Assembly: GCA_050084515.1 (NCBI GenBank)
Contig: CM114271.1
Span: 868,001 to 932,000, forward strand
Source: Blasia pusilla
Taxonomy: Eukaryota
Direction: 5' to 3'
Length of the DNA stretch: 64,000 nt
Position 1 is the first letter of the stretch, and every line of letters starts with the position of its first letter. Below the pieces are notes generated by a model. It was not told the origin of the DNA. It saw only the letters and a program-made list of their open reading frames with translations, and made no database searches. A program made the translations under genes and the position numbers. This document shows, in pieces, positions 23,593 to 35,622 of this stretch.

Positions 23593-23960
23593 TCGCCCAT
23601 CATCTCCACTCGAGAAATGGGTTGTCCTTAGCTACTGCGATTGTGTATTGTAGGCAGCGGGTCTCCATAGCGTTGTAGCGTGCCCAGGCTAATGTGATTT
23701 TGCGGCGGGCTCACGCTGTGGGAGATGCCGGCGCTAGAGGCCCACTTAGTAGTAGTCATGACTCTCTTGTTGTTGCTGATATTGTCTCTGCTGTTGGTGA
23801 GATTCGTCGTTAAGGGGGGGATTCCCCCCCTTCTTCCTTTTCTGGTCTTGTTGTGGACTTCAGGTTTTGACTCTTTGAGTCCCCCTCTTTTGTACTTCCG
23901 ATGGGTTTTTCCATCACTAGTTTTTATCGAAGTGCATCTTCTTTTTTCATTGTCTGGATA
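23593..23960 (+). mobile_element. 3' end fragment of the CRE-like non-LTR element
   Basis: CGCCCATCATCTCCACTCGAGAAATGGGTTGTCCTTAGC.. aligns with 62881-63240 (ATAIVYCRQRVSIAL vs AIAILYCRQRVSIAL, plus the 3' UTR). Confidence 0.88.
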
Positions 23961-24039
23961 AGGGGTTTTCCCATACTGCCTTGGTTGGAACTTATTGGTG
24001 ACTCTCTCCAACAAAGCTTCTCCCCAATTGGAGAAAGCT

Positions 24040-24300
24040 TTAGAAGTTAATGGACTTTGGAGGTGGGCTCAAGCTGTCGAAGATGCCAGAGCCAAAGAGC
24101 CAGATGCCCATTTAATAGTAATCATAATATCAGCTGTGAGTCTGATATTGTCTCTACTGTTGGTAAGTAAGTTGAGTAGACAAGAGGATGCACCCTCTTC
24201 TTCCTTCGCAGGGCCGGATGTGGCCTTTACAGATACTTGACCCTGAATCCCCGTCTTTTGTTTTCATGCATATTTATTGAGGTTCATTTTTCCAATTGGA
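24040..24300 (+). mobile_element. Second, more decayed CRE-like 3' fragment
   Basis: NGLWRWAQAVEDARA resembles ENGLLWRAHAVGDANA at 62975-63025; CTGATATTGTCTCTACTGTTGGT is shared. Confidence 0.65.
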
Positions 24301-25070
24301 TACATGATAGTCAAGCACATGTCATTTTTCCAATTGGATACATGATAGTCAAGCACACTCAGTACGTATGCACAAGAACCTATAGACCTGTTGTGTCCAT
24401 AGACTGAAGGAGACTGAATTTCCATTGTTTACTAATTCTTTTGTACATCAACGGCAGTTCTGCGAGTTCAACCCAACGATTATCTGATAATAGTGTTTAC
24501 AAGAAATCTCCAATTGATATCTTCCAACTTCGGATGCTGGGCGTGCTATCAGAGAAATCAACTATCATATCACACTACTTCTAGTAGGCTTGAGAGCTTG
24601 CAACTGTCATATATGTTAAGCCGTAGCCAGTATCGATGTGGTTTGGGCAGTACCATCATACGCACTTCTATTGGGTCTTGTAATGATTGAGAAAATTTCA
24701 TGACCCAATTCTACCTACTGGCAATCCAATACCTGATCTGAAGACTTCACACTGCAACGGGGTAAAATATTCGAGGGGAGTATCTATAGGGTGGGGCTTG
24801 TCTATGAATACTATCAACTCGTGTACATGAATGCCGACGATGAGTTCATCATCACGGTTTAATATAGTGAACTTTGTGAAGTCCTCTCAAGTTTTGCACC
24901 TGCCACTGCCAGAACACCTTCAACGTGCTGTGCTGAATGTGTGGTTCTCTACAGGCTATAAAACGAATCGCACACACTACCCGCGAGAAGTGGCAGAACT
25001 ATGACCTTGGTTTTATTTGTTACTAATACATGGGGAAGGAACCCTCGCTGCCAAGCCCGATCTATCCTTT

Positions 25071-28000
25071 CTAAACACAGAATGACACTTGTCTGACAAC
25101 ATTGCTATTGAAGATGGCGTAGGCCTGCGCAGGAACACAAGTAATAATGGTAAGCTTTCATCCTCTTACTACACCGCTGGTCTTACGGCGTCCCAGTTTG
25201 GAAAATCAAACATAAAACGAACTTGTGAATCACTTTCTGACGAACCCCCGCCCTGAAAGTGCACTACTTACTTGCTTGCTGCTGAGACCAATCTTCTCGA
25301 GGTCGTCAAGCTGCAAGGACAGATGCAACGCATCATATGATCAAAATCAATGGTAAGAAGTTGGCGATGGTGTTCGATCAAGCACGGTAAAGGATGGGAT
25401 GTGTATGATTTAGGGTTGATGTGGAGGGTGGACAACCTAGGAGTTGTAGCGGATGCATAGAAATCGAGATATATCCTCAATTGTTTCACTTAGCCTAGGA
25501 AGAATTGTCAGAGCACGTACATGCTTTAGTGGCCGCGGAGACGCTTTCCGGAGCTCTAAAATGGAATCAGTTCTTCTTTCTCCAAACCCCTGCACAAGAA
25601 AATGTTGTTAGATTCAAATGAGTCTTACTTCAGCAGCCTGAAGGATCGGGCCCTGGGGTTGAACAAGATGCTCGAAATCAAGTAGCTGTCGACGAGGGAT
25701 GCACAGATTCTTACTTTCAGTAGAAGAAGTTGCTCCCTGCAATAGTTACAAAACAATATCAACATGTCAGATTACAGAGTTCCAAATGGGACATACTACC
25801 CGAGCACCTACCTGCGTATGAAAGCAACTACTCTAGGCACCATAATTTGACCAGGTTCCATCTTGCATTACATAGACACAAAATAAATACATAAATAAAG
25901 CATCTGCGTCATACCTCGGAGCTGTGTTTAGAATGTCCAGGTACTGCTCCACCAATATATGCTGAGAAAAGTACCCAAATCCAAAACTTTTGTTAGAGGG
26001 ATGTTCCGCAATCGACAAAGGTTTCTTAGAATAAATTCTCGCATGTTATATCAAAGAGACGACTACAGCAGCACCAGTCCAAGGCGGAAAGAGGAGGACC
26101 ACTTCTGTACATCTACTTGGGTGGATGTCGACAATAGTCTCGTACTAGTGAGGAGAGGGAAGGATTGAGGAATCTAACCCGTATGGCTAAACTTGATCTG
26201 CTGAATCTTTCATAGGGAGTCTCCGCATCGTTTGTCGAAGGACTCATCATAGGAGTCCTCATGGGAGTTCCATCGCATGAGTTGAAGAGATTAAACAAAC
26301 CAGAATCCCCTGGAGTGCTTGGAATCGTTGGAGAGTCTGCATTGGTAGCATTAGGACTAAGAGGAGCTAGGGCTCTTGCCAAACTCTTCAGCTTGGCACT
26401 TAGTGGAGGAGATGCGTGGACTTGCAGTAGCAGTTTGGCGCTGGTTGGTGTACAGGGGGAAGATTGTCCCTGAAATTCGTTCTCCTTATCTGCTTCATCG
26501 CCTGAATAACATGTCATCAAGAACAATAAGTAATACAATCTTCAGTGGGCTCCAGCAGCCGTTCAGACATGACAAACTGAAAGCAGACTTCAGGAAACAT
26601 AGAGCAAGATCTTTACCGAAGAAATCTGTTAGCCCATCTGCATCTTGAAACAAGGGATTGGTGAAATTGTTGGAGTTATCCTCGCTGAATTGTCGTGGCA
26701 GCTCACAGACAGGATGCGCAAGCTCATCAGTTCGCAGGCTATGCACGGCATCCAAAGAGTCCATTGACTTTCGGAGTGGGCTCGTATGTGCGATGGGGTT
26801 CTCCTGCATAAAAAGTGAAGATGGCTTGCTTAGGTGTGGAACTAGAACTTTACTCTACTGAATAGCTAATGCCACAAAGTCTAAACGCTTCAATCTGTGT
26901 TTCCTACTTCAATATGACCTGGGTGAAGATGAGATGTGTACCTTGTTCGGAGAGGCCAGACGTGTTGCGTTAATCTTCACCCTGCACGCATACCCGAAAG
27001 CTCGCAGGTGTTAGATCATTGCTGTTTACTCTAAATGATAATCACAGTTGTCATGAAAGAGCGATGCAGTAAAACGAGCATCCGACCTTGTCTTGATACT
27101 GGCGCGCTCCAAAAGATTTCTCTGACTACTGGGTGTCTTCGGACTCTGAGCGTGGGGCGGAGATTTCATGAGTGCTTTGAGTTGTGCAGGACTACTGGGT
27201 ACGGTCACATTTTTGCTCGTTGTCCTTGAAGCCTTAGCTTCTCTCCAAGCTTGAAGTCTAGCTGCCATGTCTAGCTTTTCTCTCGCGGATTCATCATGGC
27301 GTTCTCCATGATTTATTTGCCTTGACCTAGCTGCGAGGCTCAAAGTTTTGGTCGCCTCAAGGTAGGATCCTGGATTCTGCAGTCACAAAAAAGTATTTCT
27401 CAAGCATAGACACGGACTCTGACGTTGGTCTGGACCATGCATCACTTTCTAGTCAACAACAACTACGCTCACTTGCTTGCCGACACCAAACAAGCTCAGG
27501 GCAAGGGACGAACTAGGAGGCATATAACTAGATTCAGATGAACTAACTAGGAGTCCAGATTGCTGATATCGAAGGAGGAACATATTGAAAAAATAGTTGT
27601 CTGAAGGCGAGTATTGTTTACCAAGCAGGCAACCATCACAGAACGACTAGAACCACCGAGAGAATCTCGCAATATACGAGTTAACTTGCTGTCCCGGTAG
27701 GGCACCCGTGCTTCATTCGCATTTAGAGCATTGATAACGTTCGACAAGGCGAACAGAGATTGGTTTATTTGACTGCTTTCGGCAATCCTCACACCATCAT
27801 TACCAGTCTTGCGATTATCCTCGTTCCCTGCAACAGTCCAAATTCAATGAGGAACTTACCAGGAATCGTTTGCTAATGAATAAGCCCAACATGTCAAGGT
27901 CTCGAATGGTAGTGGCAGAGGGATGACTTCACCACGGCTCTACAATGTCTTCGCAACGTAGTTGATTTAGTTCACGTACTTTACAAAACAACTACAGACA

Positions 28001-29819
28001 TGATGCAACAGAGCATCACCAGAGCAAAGGACCTACCAGCCAAATCAATTAAGTTGAGCTTGGCTTCTCTTTCCACGTTGGTGACAGCATCAGTAGAGGT
28101 GGTTGTTACGACTAGCACTCCATGGCTACGGCTAGACACGTCGTTGAGTGCCGTCGGCCCAACTCTACGTCTTGCACATCCGTCTGCCAAAAGAGTACTG
28201 AACTCCTCGACACTGTGAATCTGAACCTGTTGCAAATCCACACACGTTTAACGTTCTCACCAAGAATCCTCAGCCGAGACCTAACTGGCATAACTATAGT
28301 TTTGTGGTGACTATCGTCGTAGCTCTACCTTGGCCAACCCGCGAAATTGTATGTTACCATTCTGGTCCTCCATCACTGAAACCTCATTTCTCATCGCCAA
28401 AAGATCGTAGCAGCGATCCATGTAGACTTCATAATAAGAGATTGCCACCTTGCAATTGGCTCTACCGAAAATACACCTCACTGCCAACAACATGAATCCT
28501 GGATCCATCTCTGTACCCTGCAATTTGGAGAAGTATAGCTGAAGGAGTTAGTATCGTTTCACAATATCCAAAGAAATTTCAGACAATAAGTACTGAATGG
28601 GAGTTTAACCAATGGAGGTTTTTGGAAGAGGGGGAGGGGGAGGGGGCGGGGTATACCTGCATAGTGTGAGTCTTCCCGCTACCAGTTGCACCGTAGGCGA
28701 AAACAGTGTTGTTACACCCTTCGAACAGGGAGGACAACAGAGGCTCCACCTCCTTTGCGAACAATTCATCGTTTTTGGGTGTTTCGCCATAGCATGCGTC
28801 CAGCTTATACTCCTCACACCGACTGCAATCGCAAGAACTCTAATTACACAAAATTTCCCCGTTATCCCTTGCCTGCTCTTACATAGTTATAACTCTCGCA
28901 TGCCTAATTAGTTGTGACTAGGAATCAGCTCTTCAAAACGATCTTGCAGATAAAATACTCGGTCCAAAGCTAAGGTCATCGGCTAAAAACTATTATAGTT
29001 TAGTGTAGGTGGAAAGATTCGTTGGCAGCTTCTGATTTTAGAAGAATGTAGTTTGATCTTCGCTACATTTGCCTGGTGTAGATCATTAGGCATGAGATCT
29101 GATCACAAAGAGTGGATCTTTTACCAGACTTTTGACCTCAGAAGCCAGGAGATTCGTAAATTGATTCTCTTAGTAGGCATTGAAGTAGTAGCCCCTTCGT
29201 CGAGTACCGGGCTGTGCACAATGAAAGGAAGCCTTCATTGTCTATGGTTCGCTGTCGCAATGGATTAAACTCTTAATTCTTTTGGCGATCTTAGTCACCC
29301 GGTCCCACTTCTGGAAGGGCAAAGAGAGTGTTTGATGGTCTGTACAATTTTCTTTCAATCTTCCTCCACTAGGATTCCTTCATCATTGCAAGAATTTCAT
29401 ATTCATATTCAGGCCACATTTGGAAGTTAGAATTTCCTTTCCAGCTTCCGAAACGGCATTTAGTGTTTGTGAGTCGTAGCAAACTCCCTAAGATATCTTG
29501 TGACCGAATCCATTTTCCCTACTGGGCCTACCTAGAGCTTCCAACCCACACGAAATGTAATGAGCAACAGGAAAAATAACCCGAACCTTGAGGGTTCGGC
29601 AGAAATTGTGAGGCTGTCCTCTGCATGGCCCTTAGCAATACAGGTGCAATTGCGCCGTCCTCCCGGTGCACTCGAGATTTCCGACGGAAGAAAGGGGCGG
29701 ACTCTCACTACAACCCGCACTTTATGTCCACTTCCCGTTTCGATGATCCGCTGAGGAGGCCCTAGTCTCGATCGGCCCGGCGTCGATCGACCAGGAGTCC
29801 CTTTCAATGGACTTATCAT
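25071..29819 (-). CDS. Kinesin-10 family motor (KIF22/Kid-like, plant KIN10B/C type) with C-terminal HhH; 14 exons: 29819-29587, 28822-28657, 28517-28329, 28226-28037, 27827-27622, 27376-27087, 26981-26942, 26803-26617, 26501-26179, 25961-25915, 25736-25715, 25589-25521, 25310-25272, 25124-25071
   Basis: [11 protein letters not shown]-loop [55 protein letters not shown]; Hh[30 protein letters not shown]. All 13 introns are GT-AG with consistent phases. Confidence 0.92.
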
Positions 29820-30259
29820 GTCTTCGAACTTTCCAAGTTAACAGCGGATATTTCTTTTGACCTCTATGTGCAGTGCATAGAAGAGCCTTCAATATCTGTA
29901 AGAGAAACGGAAGACAATGTTTAAATTTCCGAAGGTGGGAGCTCCTGGAGTGGACGTCTTAGACGCACACCGAGTCCACTTAGAAGCTCCGTCCTTCAAT
30001 TCCGCACACGACAGGCGAAAACGACAGGAATATGGGGCCTCTCTCAGACCACGAAGATGGCTAAAATAATTGCCAACACACTTAAAAGAAACTCGTACTT
30101 TTTTCCTTTCTCCAGAGCTTTGTAATCTGGCGCTCGCATTTCCAAATTGACCGAAGAGTGCCGAGATGCAGCTTTGAGTTCCATGACTGGGACAGACTGC
30201 GACCGAGCAAGAACTATAGCTCCTCACGACGGGAACTTCAAGAATACATCAAGATCTCT

Positions 30260-30262
<3 letters not shown>

Positions 30263-30299
<37 letters not shown>
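30263..30299. repeat. (GA)n microsatellite
   Basis: About 18 GA units upstream of the kinesin start. Confidence 0.95.
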
Positions 30300-30302
<3 letters not shown>

Positions 30303-30309
30303 CTCACCT

Positions 30310-31450
30310 CATACTGCTCGAGAATGCAAAATCACGAAACCATCGTTGCGAGTATTCCTGTCACTGCCCGCACTGAAAGTTCAACCGAAGCACCTTGAAT
30401 GAGCTTACATGAACATCATAATTGTACCAGACTCGCTTTGCAAGACCAACAGTCATCGCGATACGCGCATTCCTTCAAACATAGAATTACTGTCACAGTT
30501 CTCACTACCTGTCACTGATCGCGGAAACTTCAACCGATGGTAAGCGATCAACTACCACACCTGTAATAAGCCTCAATGAGTGTAACTATTATGGTAGACT
30601 CACTTCGCCTGACCACTCTCTTCGCAATTAGGCATTCATTCAATCACAGAAGCATAAAATTACTCTCACGACGATCACTATCTATCACTAACCGCGGGAA
30701 CTTCGACCAACAGAAAACCATCAGCCAAGGCACCTGTCATGAGCTTACATGAACATTCTTGCTGTGGCAGACTCACTTCGTTCGACAACTGTCAACGCGA
30801 TTTGGCTATCATTCAAAAACGGGAGCATAGAATTACAGTCACAACTCTCAGTACTTTTCACTAACCGCAGAATTTTCAAACGATCAGCCAAAGCATCTTG
30901 AGTGAGCTCACATATGCATGGGCATTCTTACTGTGGCAGTGGCAGACTCACTTCGCTCGAACACAGATTTCGCGATTTGGCTTTTATTCAAACATAGGGA
31001 CATGGAAGTACAGTCACAACTCTCACTGCCCTTCACGAACCGCGGAAACTTCAAGCGATCAGCCAAAGCACCTTAAATGAGCTTAAATGAACATTCTCAC
31101 TGTGACAGACTCACTTCGCTAAACCATCGTCATCGCTATTTGGAATTCCTTCAGACTTACAAACGTAGAATTGCTGCACACCTTTCACTAACCGCGGAAA
31201 CTTCAAACGATCACCCACGGCACCTCGAGTGAGCTTACATATACAATAGCATTCTCACTGAGACGGACTCAACTCCGCTCGATCACAGTCATCGCGATTT
31301 GGCATTCATTCAAACATTGAAAAATAGAATTGCAACCACACCTCTCACTGACCTCAGAAACTGCGAACGAAGAACAACGTTCAGCCCTTCAATGCACTTG
31401 AATGAAGAACAGTTTTGTTGCTGCAGACTCGCTTCGCTGGGGCACACAGT
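30310..31450. repeat. Diverged tandem repeat, about 160-175 bp unit, about 7 copies
   Basis: Anchor AGACTC(A/G)CTT(C)G recurs near 30430, 30596, 30769, 30944, 31106, 31266 and 31425, with CATAGAATTAC, AACCGCGGAAACTTCAA and GAGCTTACATGAACATT in each unit. Confidence 0.85.
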
Positions 31451-31691
31451 CCGACTAGAGTTGCATTCGTTCACTCCATCAAACATTCACTCATTTCAAA
31501 CTTTGAAACACGGAGACCTACAAATTCCGATTCCACGTTCACACATCTGTAGGTGCGCGCTTCTCAGTGGCGTCTGGAAGAAGCCGCGGGCGCCCGCGGG
31601 GGGTGCCAACGTCTGTTTTCAAAAAGGCCATCCGACCGTTGGAGTCACGGAGCGTGGACGGACGGCGTTAGGCGTGGAAACGCGAAGTGGA

Positions 31692-31978
31692 GCCTCTTGG
31701 ATGGAATTCCTTGACGAAAGACCGACTCGTGGATGGTATTCGTTGGAGGAAAGACCGCCTCGCGGATGGTATCCGTTGAGTAAGGACCGCCTCGTGGATG
31801 GAATCCGTTGAGTAAGGACCTCCTCGTGGATGGAGTTCGTTGATGAAGGACCGCCTCATGGATGGAAGTCGTTGAGCAAGGATCGCCTCGTGGATGGAGT
31901 TCGTTGATGAAGGACCGCCTCGGAGATGGGATCGATCAAGGAGAAAACAGCGTCGTGGATGGAATCCGTTGACGAAAC
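31692..31978. repeat. 32-33 bp minisatellite, about 9 copies
   Basis: Unit CCTCGTGGATGGAATCCGTTGAGTAAGGACCG repeated head to tail with no spacers. Confidence 0.92.
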
Positions 31979-32965
31979 ATAGTGAAGTACCGTTACATCC
32001 ATTCGTTGAAAGGTTGCTCTGGTCGACATACGGATGTACGTATTTGAACGAGTTGATTCTTTGTAGTGACGCGTGTCCTATGGGCTAGCTAGGCTATGGT
32101 ACCATCTATGTTACAGGTAAGGAGCCGTGCCATGTGCGGAAGATAAAAAAGTATTTAAGGGTTTGGGAAATGAAAACTTGTTCAATAGTTAGTGTATAGC
32201 TAAGGGAGACATTAGTGATGTTGTATACAAATTAAAAAAAATTCATGTGGCAACCCGATTGTCACATGTCAAGAAGAAGGTGTTTGCAAATCATGTGTCA
32301 CAGTCTCTTATAATTTTATAATCATCATACTATTAAGGGCAACCTTGGCTAGAGCTCCAGGTGTTAAACTTTTGTTTAATTTTTGCTTATATTAAGCCAT
32401 TAGCCCGAACTCAAATGCTCCCCGTGAAACCCATGTGTTTTATTTGAATAAATTTAAATGGAAAAAATATTCATGGAAAGATCGTGAGGTTTTCATGATC
32501 AATTTATTATTTCAATATTTAGGAAAAAAACTAAACATTTTAATTTTTAATTTCAAGTTAATTTTGGAAGGTAAATTATATATTAATTTAGAAAAAATGA
32601 AAAAGATAATAGTAGAATAGTGGAAATCTATTATTCTTCACAAAGATGAAAATTGATTTAATTTCTTTGTTTATTTTCGAGCTTTAATTGCCATGGATTT
32701 CTGGAGATTATTTTGATACAAACTTTGGATCAATATGAGTGGTTTTCTTTTTACTAATCAAGAGATAGGGGTTGGAAAAATAAAGATACATGATTTCTTT
32801 CTAAATTAATAAGGGAAAAGATAAGCATTTTTAAAAATTAAAATTAAAATCTCTTGACTATTCATATATTTAAGCAAAAACTTATCTTCATTATTTATTT
32901 TTCCAACATTATAATTTCATTATATTTTCCATTTATGAAGTATTTTGATTTTCATCCATTCAACT

Positions 32966-34502
32966 CCGTGCATTGCACGAGCAAAAAATTACTAGTATAG
33001 ATTATTGGAGAGTGCTTTTTTTATTTGCAAACACGTGGGTAATAACATAATGTTTTCTTATATTATGGGCAAAAAAAAAATTTGAATTAGTCCCTTCACT
33101 CCCATACATGGCACAGGTTGTACAGAAGTTTCCATATGTTTTACTAGTCTAAGAGCCTATGCATATGTTTAAATTACATCCCATAAATAATTTGCAAGTG
33201 TTATTTTTAATTAATTTCAAATTATCTTCGTGGCTCAAGAGGTAAGCAATCCCCCAATAGTTTAGTGCAAATGGGATAGCTTGCCTTGTGAGCCAATAGG
33301 ATTGCTAGAAATTGATTTTAAAATGGCCCTTGAGAATCTTTAGAGGTAATTATGGAAGGTACTTTAAATACGTGCATCGCACGTGCTTACACTAGTATAG
33401 ATTATAAGAGACATGCCTCCAAGCAACAAACATTCATGTGGTCGACATCTTCCATAGTGGTCTTGCATCTAAGATAGTTTGGGCGTGATCACCAGAGCTT
33501 GTGCATGTTGTTGAAGTAGAGATGGAACCTAAACATCTTCAATCTTTCTCCCATTGTGACACTTATCTCATCTAATTAGTCACTCATGTCTAACTAAGTT
33601 AAGGCAAACCAGTATATAATTCATGCTCATCACTAGTTCGGCCATGTATGGCATCCACTAGTGGCAAGGTATGCATGCCTGCCTTGAAGAACGTCTAGAC
33701 CATCTTCATTGAGCAAGAACACGACAAAAGAGATGAGATTATCACGAGTCCAAGGCAGTGAGAGAAGAAGAGGAAAGGCCGTATGAATTGATAAGACAAG
33801 CACATCAAGATAGTAAATACTGAAAATTAAAGAATTGGCAGCTCACGGCGACTAAGATCGATTTTACAAGGTGAAATGAGGAGCTCAATTTGGACATTTC
33901 AAAAATTGATTCCATTTCTACTTAATTGAAGAGTTGGGATTACAACCTAATGTTTCTTTGACTAGTTTGTAGGAACATGCATATAATTCAAGAAGAGATG
34001 CAAGAAAAATTTCTTGTTATGAAAATTAGAACTATGGTAGAAGATTTAGCTCTTAAGGTTTAAAAAAAAAAACACTTGCAAGATTTATTTATTTTTTAAA
34101 TAAGGATCATCACCAAACAAAATTTGGGAGAGGCAAGGAAAACTTCAAAGATAAAAGGAATGCCCACACTCAAGGTTATTAATCGCTTGGATCTTGTGAC
34201 TATTACAAATCATATTAAATTCTATTATGCTAAGGAGTGATTCAAGAAAATTCAAATCTAAAGTTCTTCCATAACAAAATTATGTGGAACAATAGTACAA
34301 TAATGAAGTGTTGACCATAAATAATATCATGGGAAATATCATGGAGTTAGATAACCAACTATCACTAGTAAAATTGGTTCATCGATTAAGAAGCATCAAA
34401 TTAAATGATTATTCATGGAGAATGGTTTATCAACATGGAACCATTGAAGACTCAAGCAATTGTAGTCATAAGAGACTAGTAGGCAGTCTGTGCCATGCAC
34501 GG
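32966..34502. mobile_element. Cluster of non-autonomous Helitron-like 3' termini
   Basis: GC-rich hairpin followed about 6-11 nt later by CTAG-T: 32966-32996 (+), 33370-33396 (+), 34475-34502 (-). Confidence 0.55.
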
Positions 34503-34980
34503 TAGTGAAGGAACTAATCATGTCGCATGCAAAATTCTTTCCTTGTTGCCCTTAGAGGGAAAAATATTTTCTTGCCGCCCATAGAATACAAAATATTTTC
34601 TTGTTGCTCGGCTACCACATCTCAAGCATGGAGGTGTTTGCAAATCAAGAAGGCACTCTCCCATAATAATATAGATGATGCATATCATCAAATTACTCAC
34701 ATAGGTAGAACTCCAATCACCCTCCCATCCTCTAGTATCAATGTAGAGTAAGAGATGTATCCATTTCTATCCTTCAAGATCCTATATACTTAATTTTTTA
34801 GTTAATTTATCTTTATTTTCTTGTCATTTTTTATCAAATCATTCTCAAGAATTTTCATTCTTTCTTAAATGGAAATCTACTATAAATGTGCAAAATTTAT
34901 TTCAACATGTCTATACCTAAAGTTACACATCATCAAAGCACAATTTGTGTCAACCATATAAACTTGTTAGTGCTTATGCC

Positions 34981-35622
34981 TGTCACGTCTTTTAGGATAG
35001 ATCGATGAGATCTAGTAGAGCGCCTTCGTGAGTAGTGGACAACAGATCAGTAGGTTGAGGATGACCTACTCAGGCCCCGGGAAACCTGAGAGAGCAAGTT
35101 TCCCCTTCGTTTCGGCTCATTTTGAGCCATATTGAGGAACTTACTATTTTAGGTAATTACCATTTTGAGTATATGATCAACTTTGTATTTTTGGTAAGTG
35201 GCCCTTGATCTCCTACATCAGGTCAAGAGCCAAGGAGGTGACTTGGGAGAATAGGTTACCATGGAGAGAGCTTGGGAGAGGGGAGGGGTATACCTCGTGG
35301 AGAGAGAGCTTGAGAGTTCATTCTCTCTTTGTTGAACCTCTTGGCATGAGGCGGCGGAGCTATGGTCCTTCGCCTTGTGAGTGTAACCCAAGCCTCTCAT
35401 TAGTAGAGTGGGTTTGGTTTGACATGAGGGAGAGTGCACACCTTTGAGATCTATGGTGTAAGATGGTGTAGAGAGAGATTGGATCTTACTTTATTGGAGA
35501 TATTTTGGTACTTCTCACCTCTGTGTTTGGATGTCATGAGTTAGAATGGGATCGTGCGTGTTTGTGTGTGTGTGTTCGGTGACAGAGATGTATGTTGTGT
35601 AGCGATGTGTATGCGCACAACA
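34981..35622 (+). mobile_element. Solo LTR (about 640 bp) of the DNMT-Gypsy family
   Basis: TGTCACG...GCGCACAACA (TG..CA). Contains contiguously the pieces found at 500-790, 1294-1368 and 6798-6925. Confidence 0.88.

Noticed and set aside
31299-31811. 170-aa ORF
   Set aside because: Spans two tandem arrays; the repetitive tail derives from the minisatellite.
31692-31978. CRISPR-like array of about 32-bp repeats
   Set aside because: Units are contiguous with no unique spacers, there are no cas genes, and the context is eukaryotic; it is a minisatellite.
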